A DNA stretch of 63,910 bases, counting the filler, from Octopus bimaculoides (taxonomy: Eukaryota), in the NCBI RefSeq assembly GCF_001194135.2. It is 4 parts of 4 records of this genome, joined end to end, with 100 filler letters (N's around TTAATTAATTAA, not from the genome) between each part and the next. Parts side by side here need not be neighbours in the genome. Positions count along the whole stretch, not along the records: positions 31,579 to 62,793 come from NC_068983.1; positions 62,894 to 63,910 come from NC_068996.1; 2 more parts are not named here. One strand, given 5' to 3'. The notes beneath the pieces were generated by a model that did not search any database, was not told the DNA's origin, and saw only the letters and a program-made list of their open reading frames with translations. The stretch's first letter is position 1. Each line of letters starts with the position of its first letter. Below, piece after piece: positions 53,411-63,910 of this stretch. A program made the translations under genes and the position numbers.

Positions 53411-56232
53411 TGTGTCTAGGATATCTTTGTCATTTCATGTAGTTTATAATTTTTTTTAGTACTTAATGAATTTCAAACTCATCGATATAACTGTGCTTGG
53501 CCATAAATACAGGTGCATTTAAGAAAAACAAGCTTTCAATGCACATGTAATTACCTGAACTGTGAAGTTTGTTAGTCCATAGGAACTAATATTTGGAGTA
53601 GTGTTCATTATAGATTAAAGGACACACATCTATAATCCCAAATTAACCGATAAGAATTGATTTTTAAATTTTAAAATTCCCACAAATTTATTTTCAAATT
53701 TATCAAATCATGTGGGATTTACAAAGTGGTGGCCATACTGGAATGTCTACTTTCTTTTAAAAATAATAACGGGAAAATTCAATGAAAAAAAATAGGGCAT
53801 AATTTTTCCATCACAATAACCACAACAGTTAATATGGGTTTCCATAGAGTGGTCATAAGAGTAAGTGTAGAGAGCAGACAATCTCTGCTGTTAACATTAA
53901 TTTCCGTCCTAGACGTAGAAAGAAGACATTAACGTAGTCATACGAAAATAAAACAACGAAATATATTGCTATTTTTAGTATGATTATAGTTATTAGAAAA
54001 TGTGATTATTAAAGTTTGTAGCATTGGATAAATTATGTGGAGAAATGAAAATTATTTTTGTAGATGAAATACTATCCAATATCTTATTTTCAAGTAGAGT
54101 AGGCATTCTGAGAATGAGGTACGTCTTTTAATATTTACTGAATAAAAAAAAATTGTACTCAGAAATAGTTTAACTTCGAAAAGTACGTTTTATGTTTAAT
54201 CAATAATATGAAGAATGCAAGCTTCGTAATATGTTCAATCGCTGGTAATTTTCATTATCTTGAATTAAAATTCAAGAACACGAAAGCTAATTATGAAGAA
54301 AAGAAACTAATTTAATTTGATGTTAATGCTTATTTCACACCTACGATATACTTAAATAGATTTTCAATGGAATAGTTTTTGTGTCATTACTTTCTTTTTA
54401 TTTTTGTAGTAGAAACATTTTCAACTGCTTCTAAATGAGAATTGTTTTGAACATAAAATGAATAACGCTTTTTTCTTCTGAGAGTATTTTCTGCACTCAG
54501 GATTAGCTTTGAAAGGGAGATAAGTCCAGGGAGTGTTCTCTTTTTTCTACTTACCTCCCTTGCAAGTAACCTATAGGAATGAATTCGATGAATTAGTTAA
54601 AGCATTGATTTCTTTCAAACAAATAGTCCTATATTTTTATAGAAGAGGAAAATTGGAATATTGTTTCCAAACAGCAGCACCATAAGTGGACCGAAATAGC
54701 ACCAACTGGGTTACGCAGTCAACTTCGGGCTTTAACTTTTAAATTCAGTATCTACTATCCGTAAATTGTTACTGGACGATGTGTGATCCTTGTTATGAGT
54801 AACGTAAGGTGGTCTAGTTTGAGTTTTCCTATTTTGACTCTTATCACTTGGCATATGTCATTTCATGTTACTTTGACGCTTTACAAAATTCAGTTCAGTG
54901 TCCTATGTTTCTGGAACTTTTGCTACTCATAACTACAGATAATATACGGATTATGTGCGTGACATGACTTGTAAAATCCTGCTGGTGAAAAATACTGGCT
55001 ATTCCCAACAGAACATCTTTCTGGAATTCCCTTCTCGTCAATCTTGTTGTTGTTGAGCAGATCTGTTATAAAAAGCCTTCCAGCCGTGATCATTCCATCA
55101 TTTTGTATATTAAGGATTACATTGTGTTCTTTTATAGAGTGTGATTTGAGCGCATTTGGCTGCTTTTGCAAGCGAACTGAGCGACGACGTAGACGCTCCC
55201 TTCCACCGTGACCTTTTTTCATGTAAACGTTAATTTACAGATGCTTAAGCTGAACTGAATATCATGCTGGAGTTAAACAGAGATGACTGGCTATCAAAAA
55301 TCAAGTCCAAACGATAAAACTATTGAGTCTAACTCTGTATTCTATGCTTGACTGCAAAATCCAAATTAGTTGGTGTCATGTGTCTGTAAATCAGATGGGA
55401 CTCTTGCTGTCAAGAGATCTCTTAAACTCTGTTAATACCTCCATCTGCTGCATTGGAAAACATATAAGGTCATTGGTCAATAATGCGTCCCTAATATGGA
55501 ACCAAAACTGACTGCAACACAATTCTCAAAGTATCCAGAACAATTTAAGACGAAGGCTGACAACTTCATATTTTCCAAAAATTAGAAAAGTTCTCTGTTT
55601 GAATCCCTGCAAAACTAGTCTTTGGGCCAATAAACAAGCTCACACCTCAAAAATTGTTACAGAAATATTCTCAGTGAAGAACATAATTTCCTGTTATTAC
55701 TTAAAGCACTAAAGCAGTGAGCTGGCAGAATCATTAACATGCTGGGCTAGATGCTTCATTTGTTTTTGCATTCTGAGTTCAAATTCCGTTAAGGTTGACT
55801 TTGCCTATCATTTTTCCAAGGTTGATAAAATATGTACCAGTTGAGCACTGGGGTCAATGTAATCGATTTAACCCTTACCCCAAAATTTGCTAGCCTTGTG
55901 CCAAAGTTTTAAACCATTATAACTAAAAGATCAAGACTAAATTTGCAGTGTATTTAAACATTCAACAATGCCCACTCTCACACACATGACATAGGTCTTC
56001 GTTCTTCCCTAACTTTATTTAATTCTACCATCATCCACACACAGCCGAGATATCACTTTTTGTGAGTCAGTTCACTAAGTTGTAAGGAGTATATACTAGA
56101 TAGCACATCATGAGTAAATGTTACCAAAGATAGACTGGTTTCTTATTCAGATGAAGATTTGACTTTTATGTCCTTAATGCCATGAAATTAAAACTAAGCA
56201 CCTGTCTTTAAAATCACCAAGGCTTAGGAAAC

Positions 56233-57750
56233 ATCATCATCATCATTTAACATCTGCTTTCCATGTTGTCATGGGTTGGATGGTTTGACTGAGGACTGGC
56301 GAGCCAGAAGGTTGCACCAGGTTCCAATCTGATCTGGCAATGTTTCTACAGCTGGATACTCTTCCTAAGGCCAACCACTCCGAGAGTGTAGTGGGTGCTT
56401 TTATGTTCCACCAGCACGAAGGCCAGTCAGGTGGTACTGGCGATGGCCATGCTCAAAAGGTGTTTTTTTATGTGCCACCTGCACAGGAGCCAGTTCAGCA
56501 GCACTGGTAACGACCACGCTCGAATGGTGCTTTTTACGTGCCACCAGCCTGGGAGCCAGTCAGCGGCCCTGGCAATGATCATGCTCAGATGGAGCTTTTA
56601 ATGTTCCACTGGCATGCATGCCAATCAGGTGGTACTGTCATTGGCCATGTCAGCGATTTTGATTTCACTTACCTCAACAGGTCTTTGCAAACAAATTTTA
56701 TCGTCCAATGAATGAAGGATACTCATAAGTGGACTGGTTAAACACCACTGGCATAGGTCTCACTTGGCTTGTCGGGTCTTCTCAAGCACAGCATATCTCC
56801 AAAGGTCTCAGTCACTAGTCATTGCCTTGGTGAGGCTCAATTTTCGAAGGTCGTGCTTCACTACCTCATCCCAGGTCTTCCTGGGTCTATCTCTTCCACA
56901 GGTTCCCTTAACTGCTAAGGTGTGACACTTTTTCACACAGCTGTCCTCATCCATTCACAACACATGACCATACCAGCACAGTCATCTCTTTTGCACACCA
57001 CATCTGATGCTTTTTAAGTCCAACTTTTATCTCAGTGTGCTTACACTCTGTCGAGTATGCACACTGACATTACACATCCATCGGAGCATACTGGCTTCAT
57101 TCCTTGCAAACTTACACATGTCCTCAGCAGTCACAGCCCATGTTTCACTGCTGTGTAGCATGGCTGTTTGTACACATGCGTCACACAGTCTACCTTTTGC
57201 ACTGAGCAAGAGGTCTTTTGTCACCAGCAGAGGTAAGAGCTCTCTGAACTTTGCCCAGGCTATTCTTATTCTAGCAGCTACACTTTCAGAGCATCCACCC
57301 CTGCTTATTGACTTGGTCACTTAGGTAATGGAAGCTATCAGCTACTTGTAGTTTTTCTCCCTAGAATGTGACAGAAGCTGTTTTTAGTGTTTATTGCTCC
57401 TGAGCATCTGCCACATACAAAAACTATCTTCCCAGTTAGCCTTCCTTTGATATTGCTGCACCTCTTATGTGTCCATAGCTTACACTGGGTACATCTTATG
57501 GAGTTTCTACCTATGCCTTTTCTACAGATCGAGCAGGGCCATCTACCTGTAGTTTGTGATTTGTTTGCCTTCCTACTTTTTAAGACTTTGGTTTTAGCTA
57601 GGTTGACTCTAAGGCCCTTTGCTTCGACTCCTGAAACTTTTCCTCTAGTTCTGATAGTGACTCAGCAATTAGTGCAAGGTCATCGGCATAGAAGAGCTCC
57701 CAGGGGCATCCTGTCTTGAATTCCTCTGTTATTGCCTGAATAAGAAGGGG
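56233..57750 (-). mobile_element. RTE-clade LINE 3' portion including YADD
   Basis: GCPWELFYADDLALIAESL, WPCSICRKG...CTQCKLWTHKRC, ARIRIAWAKFRELLPLL, LHSSETW. 3'UTR and CAT tail at 56233. Confidence 0.92.
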
Positions 57751-58454
57751 CTGAGGACTGATAATTAATTCATTTAGACTGCTAATGTAATTTATTAAAG
57801 TGGAAATGAAAATTAAATATGTTACTGACATCCCATTCCAGCAGGAAATATATCCAGTCTTCTTCCTTAAGAGGAATTACCAAAGTTTCCATGAAATAAG
57901 TACTATGCATTGTACTCAATCAATTCAGTTGACCATTCCCCTCCCCTACAAATTGGTAGCATTGTACCAATGTGAGAAATCCTTATCACTGTTCACCACT
58001 ACTATCATCTCCGTTTCTATCCAACTTGTTTGAATGTCTACCAGACTAAGAAGCACAAGTTATCAAATATTACAAAAGAAAATCTGAAATTAATTTTAAA
58101 ATTTTGCATTATTAGCCAGTTATTTGGATAAATGCTATGTAAAATGAAACCGATTAAATGAAAAATGAGATGCTACAGGTATGAAAAATAAATAATAAAT
58201 TGCTATAGAAATATTCCCACTCACAGTTATCTAGTGGCAATTTGATATTTATTATAATGATAAGTAACCTAAAATACATTCATAGACTGGAGACATGTGG
58301 AGAAAGATTTGTTTTCATTCCTTCACTAATGTTTTGTTTAATATTGACTTCTAAACTTAAGGCAACTAGCTGGCAGAATCATTAGCCCACTGGGTGAAAT
58401 GCTTACCAGCATTTCATCCATCTTCATGTTTTGAGTTCAAATTCTGCCAGGGTT

Positions 58455-59512
58455 GACTTATGATCAGTGACACTCCAACCACGACCAAACTGTGTGTAAG
58501 TCCACATTATTTAGTATGTCCTTCCTATTTAAAGACAGAGAGATTTGGCGTCTATTTGTAGCAGGTCAAGCAATGTCACAGAAGCTCCCCTTGCTGGTTT
58601 CTCAAGTAATGGTTATAGTAATAGATGTGGGGGCGATCACAGCAATAGATTTTCTCAGTGTTGATAAAATAAATATCACTTGAGTACTGCTGGCCTTGTG
58701 AAACCATTATTGATTTCTAAACTTAGGCATATGCCCCCAAACTTGAGTAAGCAGACAATTAATTAAATAACACTAGTACTTTACTGGAACTAATCAACCC
58801 TCAGGAGGATGAAAAGCAAAGCTGATCATGACAGAATTTGAACTCAGGACATAAAGACACTTTTACCAAATACCACAAGGCATTTAGCTAACTAATCTAC
58901 TGATTCTTTCATTCCACTTGATATGTCACTAGAGAGAGAGAGAGCAACAGATGGCAGAATTTTGTAGTAACATCCTCCTACCAGCCATAAGTCCCTGCAA
59001 AGATAATGGACACTGAGTAAGTCATGGAAAACACAAACTTTGTGATTTAGCTTCAAGTCTTATTTAAAGTCATTTCACTCCACTTTCACAACTAAAATCC
59101 TAAAGAATGGTATGAATTTCATGCTTTTCACTTAAGCTACCTCTATAGATATCACACTTCATTCATGTTAGTAAGGAACCATTATCTTCATTTGAGTGAA
59201 CAAAATAGAAAGAACAACAAACTGTGTTGTTTCTTGTACTTTCTTCAAACTGTAGTAGTAGTAGTAGTAGTAGTGGTTATTATTGTTTAGCTCCATGTCA
59301 ACCCTGACCAAGTAGACTTATGATCAGTGACACTCCAACCACGACCAAACTGTGTGTAAGTCCACATTATTTAGTATGTCCTTCCTATTTGAAGACAGAG
59401 AGATTTGGCGTCTATTTATAGCAGGTCAAGCAATGTCACAGAAGCTCCCCTTGCTGGTTTCTCAAGTAATGGTTATAGTAATAGATGTGGGGGCGATCAC
59501 AGCAATAGATTT
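58455..59512 (+). repeat. 198-bp direct duplication (58455-58652 / 59315-59512)
   Basis: Two substitutions; 860-bp offset. Confidence 0.92.
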
Positions 59513-59872
59513 ATTGATGGCAATATTGTTAAAGTTATGGTGGTGATAGTGACAGTGGTGGTGGTGGTAGTAGCTGGTGATGGTAATGGTTACAATTATA
59601 GATGCATTGGTGAGAGATGGTGGTAGCAGCAATGTTATTTAATATATGAGTAATACTTGTGGTTGTAGTATGGGTGATACTGTGAGTAATATTGTTGGTG
59701 TTGGCGATAGTAGGTAGTAGTACTACCACTCTTAATATACACCACCACTGCCTCTACTATGGATACTACTCTTCCTTTGCTTTTTGCCTTTTACTTTCAC
59801 CTTCTACTGGTGGTATTTTCCACGTACTGAGATAGTTTGTACCTAAAAATATGACAAATGCATGGATTGATA

Positions 59873-60024
59873 CGTTATTTACATTTGACGGATATTTGTC
59901 CTCCACTTTTTGTTATTAGCCTGTTTCGGCTGATATACCCTCCAGCCTTCATGAAGTGTCTTGGGGAAATTTCGAACCTGGGTTCTCATTCCTAAGGTAT
60001 TTTTTGATGTTGTTGTTGTTATTG

Positions 60025-60072
<48 letters not shown>

Positions 60073-60132
60073 TCACTGTCTGGAATCAAACTTGGAATCT
60101 TGGGGTTAGTAGCCTGCTATTCAGGTTACTGA

Positions 60133-60169
<37 letters not shown>

Positions 60170-60325
60170 TAATATCAAAAAATACCTTAGGAATGAGAAC
60201 CCAGGTTCGAAATTTCCCCAAGACACCTGATGAAGGCTGGAGGGTATGTCAACAACAAACAAGATGAGGACAAATATCCGTCAAATGTAAATAATGTACA
60301 TAATTCCTCATCTCTTAAATATAGA
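59873..60325. mobile_element. Palindromic tRNA-head / Penelope-like-tail retroelement, copy 2 (centre collapsed, both hammerheads damaged)
   Basis: Same arms as 1035-1595 in the opposite orientation. 11-bp TSD ATGGATTGATA (59862-59872, 60326-60336). The tRNA centre is replaced by the small hairpin TATTCAG-GTTA-CTGAATA. Confidence 0.85.
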
Positions 60326-61299
60326 ATGGATTGATAGTTCAAAGATCCTGTAGTGGTGGTGGTGGTGATGACGATGATGATGATGATACTATTTTTGGTG
60401 GTGATGGTGGTGGTGGTGGTGGTGGTGGTGGTGGCAGTGATGTNNNNNNNNNNNNNNNNNNNNNNNNNNNNNNNNNNNNNNNNNNNNNNNNNNNNNNNNN
60501 NNNNNNNNNNNNNNNNNNNNNNNNNNNNNNNNNNNNNNNNNNNNNNNNNNNNNNNNNNNNNNNNNNNNNNNNNNNNNNNNNNNNNNNNNNNNNNNNNNNN
60601 NNNCATTGGTGTGGGAACATAGCAGTAGACTGATAGAAAAAAATTTGAAATAATCAGAAATACATTTTAACAAAATACTTTTTCTCAAATTTAATTATCT
60701 TCTCCCTCCTCCATTTGCCAGTTCTAATATTTTGTTCATTTTCTTTTTTCCTTTTTTCATGATTTTTCTAATATTTTTATTGTTTTAATACCACATCTAC
60801 CACCATTGCTGCCATTTTCACTTCTTTTTTTTTTTTTGATTTAATGTCATTGAGTTTTAAAACATTTACTATAATTGTTATCCTTGCTGATTCTGATGGG
60901 TATCTCTGACTATCTCTTTCTCTGTCTTTCTGTATCTCTTTCCCTCTTCCTCTCTCTCTGTCTCTCTATCTCTTTTTCTCTCTCCCTCTGTCTTTCTTTC
61001 AAAATCAGTCTATCTGAGAAATATGACACAGTACAGCAAGGAAACTTGGGTAGTAAATTCATAGGATCTGTAACAGCTGGAGTGAATGAATAGATTCGAG
61101 TCTATGCAACATTGATATAAAATGAGAGCCATGCACGAGTTGGTAAATGGGTTGAACATTGCTTACAGTCGAAAGAATGGCTATAAATTCACCAACACTT
61201 TGGAGTTATAATTCTGAATGGCACCTTTGTTCTTATGGCACTACCTGTTCATTATGACCCACTAGATTATATGAACTCTACTTAAATTTTGAATCTCAT

Positions 61300-61301
<2 letters not shown>

Positions 61302-61344
<43 letters not shown>

Positions 61345-62793
61345 GTTTAACGTCCGCCTTCCATGCTAGCATGGGTTGGACGATTTGACTGAGGACTGGT
61401 GAAACCGGATGGCAACACCAGGCTCCAATCTAATTTGGCAGAGTTTCTACAGCTGGATGCCCTTCCTAACGCCAACCACTCAGAGAGTGTAGTGGGTGCT
61501 TTTACATGTCACCCGCNNNNNNNNNNNNNNNNNNNNNNNNNNNNNNNNNNNNNNNNNNNNNNNNNNNNNNNNNNNNNNNNNNNNNNNNNNNNNNNNNNNN
61601 NNNNNNNNNNNNNNNNNNNNNNNNNNNNNNNNNNNNNNNNNNNNNNNNNNNNNNNNNNNNNNNNNNNNNNNNNNNNNNNNNNNNNNNNNNNNNNNNNNNN
61701 NNNNNNNNNNNNNNNNNNNNNNNNNNNNNNNNNNNNNNNNNNNNNNNNNNNNNNNNNNNNNNNNNNNNNNNNNNNNNNNNNNNNNNNNNNNNNNNNNNNN
61801 NNNNNNNNNNNNNNNNNNNNNNNNNNNNNNNNNNNNNNNNNNNNNNNNNNNNNNNNNNNNNNNNNNNNNNNNNNNNNNNNNNNNNNNNNNNNNNNNNNNN
61901 NNNNNNNNNNNNNNNNNNNNNNNNNNNNNNNNNNNNNNNNNNNNNNNNNNNNNNNNNNNNNNNNNNNNNNNNNNNNNNNNNNNNNNNNNNNNNNNNNNNN
62001 NNNNNNNNNNNNNNNNNNNNNNNNNNNNNNNNNNNNNNNNNNNNNNNNNNNNNNNNNNNNNNNNNNNNNNNNNNNNNNNNNNNNNNNNNNNNNNNNNNNN
62101 NNNNNNNNNNNNNNNNNNNNNNNNNNNNNNNNNNNNNNNNNNNNNNNNNNNNNNNNNNNNNNNNNNNNNNNNNNNNNNNNNNNNNNNNNNNNNNNNNNNN
62201 NNNNNNNNNNNNNNNNNNNNNNNNNNNNNNNNNNNNNNNNNNNNNNNNNNNNNNNNNNNNNNNNNNNNNNNNNNNNNNNNNNNNNNNNNNNNNNNNNNNN
62301 NNNATTTCATGTGTCACCCGCACAAGAACCAGCCCAGGGGCACCGGCAACGATCTCGCTCGAAAGATTTCAGGTGTCACCCACACACGAGCCAGTCCAGG
62401 GGCACTGGCAACGATCCCGTTCAAAACATTTCATGTGTCACCCGCACAAGAGCCAGTCCAGGGTCACTGGCAACGATCTCGCTCGAAGGACTTCGTGTGT
62501 TGCCCGCACATGAGCCAGTCCCGGGGCACTGGCAACGATCCCGTCTCGCTCAAGGCATTTTATGTGTCACCCGCACAAGAGCCAGCCAAGGGGCACCGGC
62601 AACGATCTCGCTCGAAAGATTTCATGTGTCACCCACACACGAGCCAGTCCAGGGGCACTGGCAACGATCCCGTTCAAAACATTTCATGTGTCACCCGCTA
62701 CAAGAGCCAGTCCAGGGTCACTGGCAACGATCTCGCTCGAAGGATTTCGTGTGTTGCCCGCACATGAGCCAGTCCAGGGGCACCAGCAACGAT
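61302..62793 (-). repeat. RTE 3' end whose UTR subrepeat is expanded into a ~62-bp tandem array with ABCD higher-order structure
   Basis: Monomers start at 62304, 62366, 62428, 62490, 62557, 62619, 62681 and 62744. Period-4 diagnostic variants give a 253-bp higher-order unit. A 787-N gap separates the array from the LINE tail. Confidence 0.85.
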
Positions 62794-62893
62794 NNNNNNN
62801 NNNNNNNNNNNNNNNNNNNNNNNNNNNNNNNNNNNNNTTAATTAATTAANNNNNNNNNNNNNNNNNNNNNNNNNNNNNNNNNNNNNNNNNNNN

Positions 62894-63910
62894 ACTGACT
62901 TGTAATAAGATGCACCATCCAAAGGCAGACGTGGATCGTCTTTACCTTCCCAGAGCTCAGGGAGGTCGAGGCTTGATCCAGCTTGAACTTACGTACAAAA
63001 CCACCACAATCGGACTGGCCAAATACCTTGAAATAACCAACGATTGGATGCTGAGACTTGTTGAAAAACATGAACGACCAAAAAAACTTCACTCTATTCT
63101 GAAAGAGAGCAAAATATTCGCTACTGATCTCTTAGATACCCACCAGCTTGATCAGGTTGAAGGAAATGCGCCAACTACTGCTGCAAAGAAAATAAAATTA
63201 ATTGCAAAGACAAAAGCACATGAAAAATTAGCTAGCAGATGGGAACAGAAACCTCTGCATGGTAAGTATGTGGCTCGTAGCAAACAAGCTGATGTCGAGC
63301 AGAAGCACACGCATCAATGGTTAGGAAGCTCAGGGCTAAAAGCAGAGAGTGAAGGTTTCATATTGGCTGCTCAAGACCAAAGCTTATTAACCCGGAACTA
63401 CCAAGCCAATGTGATAAAAAAATGGAGCTGACCCAAAATGCCGATTCTGTAACGATACGATTGAAACTATAGACCACCTAATCTTAGTGTGTAGAGTTTT
63501 AGCACCTGTAGAATATAAAGCAAGACATGACAGAGTTGGTCAGTATTTACGCTGGACAATATGTCGGCATTATAAAATCAAAACCACTGACAAATGGTAT
63601 AAACACCATCCTGAAGCTGTGACCGAGGGAGAAAATGTATCGATTCTGTGGGACTTTCCGTACATACCGACAAGGCTATAAAAGCTAATAAACCGGATAT
63701 TATTATAAAAAATCAGACAAAGAAGATGTGTTTATTAATTGACATGAGTATTTCCTGCGATCATAATATAGCGGCGAAAGAATTTGACAAGATCAGTAAA
63801 TATAAAGACTTGCTAATAGAAATTGAAAAAATGTGGCACCTCAAGGCGATTACCGTACCAGTGATTGTAGGATCTCTAGGAATGATTAAAAAAAAGGTAC
63901 TGAAACCTAT
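62894..63910 (+). mobile_element. R4/Dong-clade non-LTR retrotransposon ORF C-terminal half (post-RT region, CCHC knuckle, restriction-like endonuclease); runs off window
   Basis: HPKADVDRLYLPRAQGGRGL; WEQKPLHGKY; AAQDQSLLTRNY; CRFCNDTIETIDHLILVC (C-x2-C-x8-H-x4-C); RHDRV; KPDIII...LLIDMSI...K..KY. Three frameshifts (~63420, ~63661, ~63895) and no in-frame stops once they are corrected. Confidence 0.9.

Noticed and set aside
53380-55228. 12-mer TTTCATGTAAAC at 53380 and 55217
   Set aside because: AT-rich 12-mer; two occurrences in 64 kb are compatible with chance.
62304-62793. CRISPR-like regularly spaced repeat
   Set aside because: No unique spacers, eukaryotic context, and the monomer derives from the RTE 3'UTR.

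Overview
AT-rich, repeat-dense animal genomic DNA from a gapped draft assembly. The SINE/LINE repertoire points to an octopod cephalopod (Octopus-like); this is an inference, not a database match. Two spliced + strand genes can be built by hand. The first is five internal exons of an AGPAT3/4-type 1-acylglycerol-3-phosphate acyltransferase (1884-14601; the N-terminal exons lie upstream of the window and the last exon was not found). The second is three exons of RNase H2 subunit C (33944-41504; first coding exon not found). A possible unidentified - strand multi-exon gene lies between them. The rest is transposon debris: many RTE-clade LINE 3' ends and two RT-coding fragments, several tRNA-derived SINE families, Tc1/mariner and pogo-like DNA transposons with TIRs and TA target duplications, Helitron-like pieces and a fairly intact R4/Dong-type RLE retrotransposon at the right edge. 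The most interesting structure is a TSD-flanked palindromic element present twice (1035-1595 and 59873-60325). It has two back-to-back tRNA-derived heads, each followed by a Penelope-type tail carrying a minimal hammerhead ribozyme motif. Also notable are a 4-mer higher-order tandem array grown from a LINE 3'UTR subrepeat and two microhomology-flanked templated insertions, one of which creates a 203-bp intronic inverted repeat in RNASEH2C. Most ORFs in the supplied track are microsatellite or N-gap artefacts.
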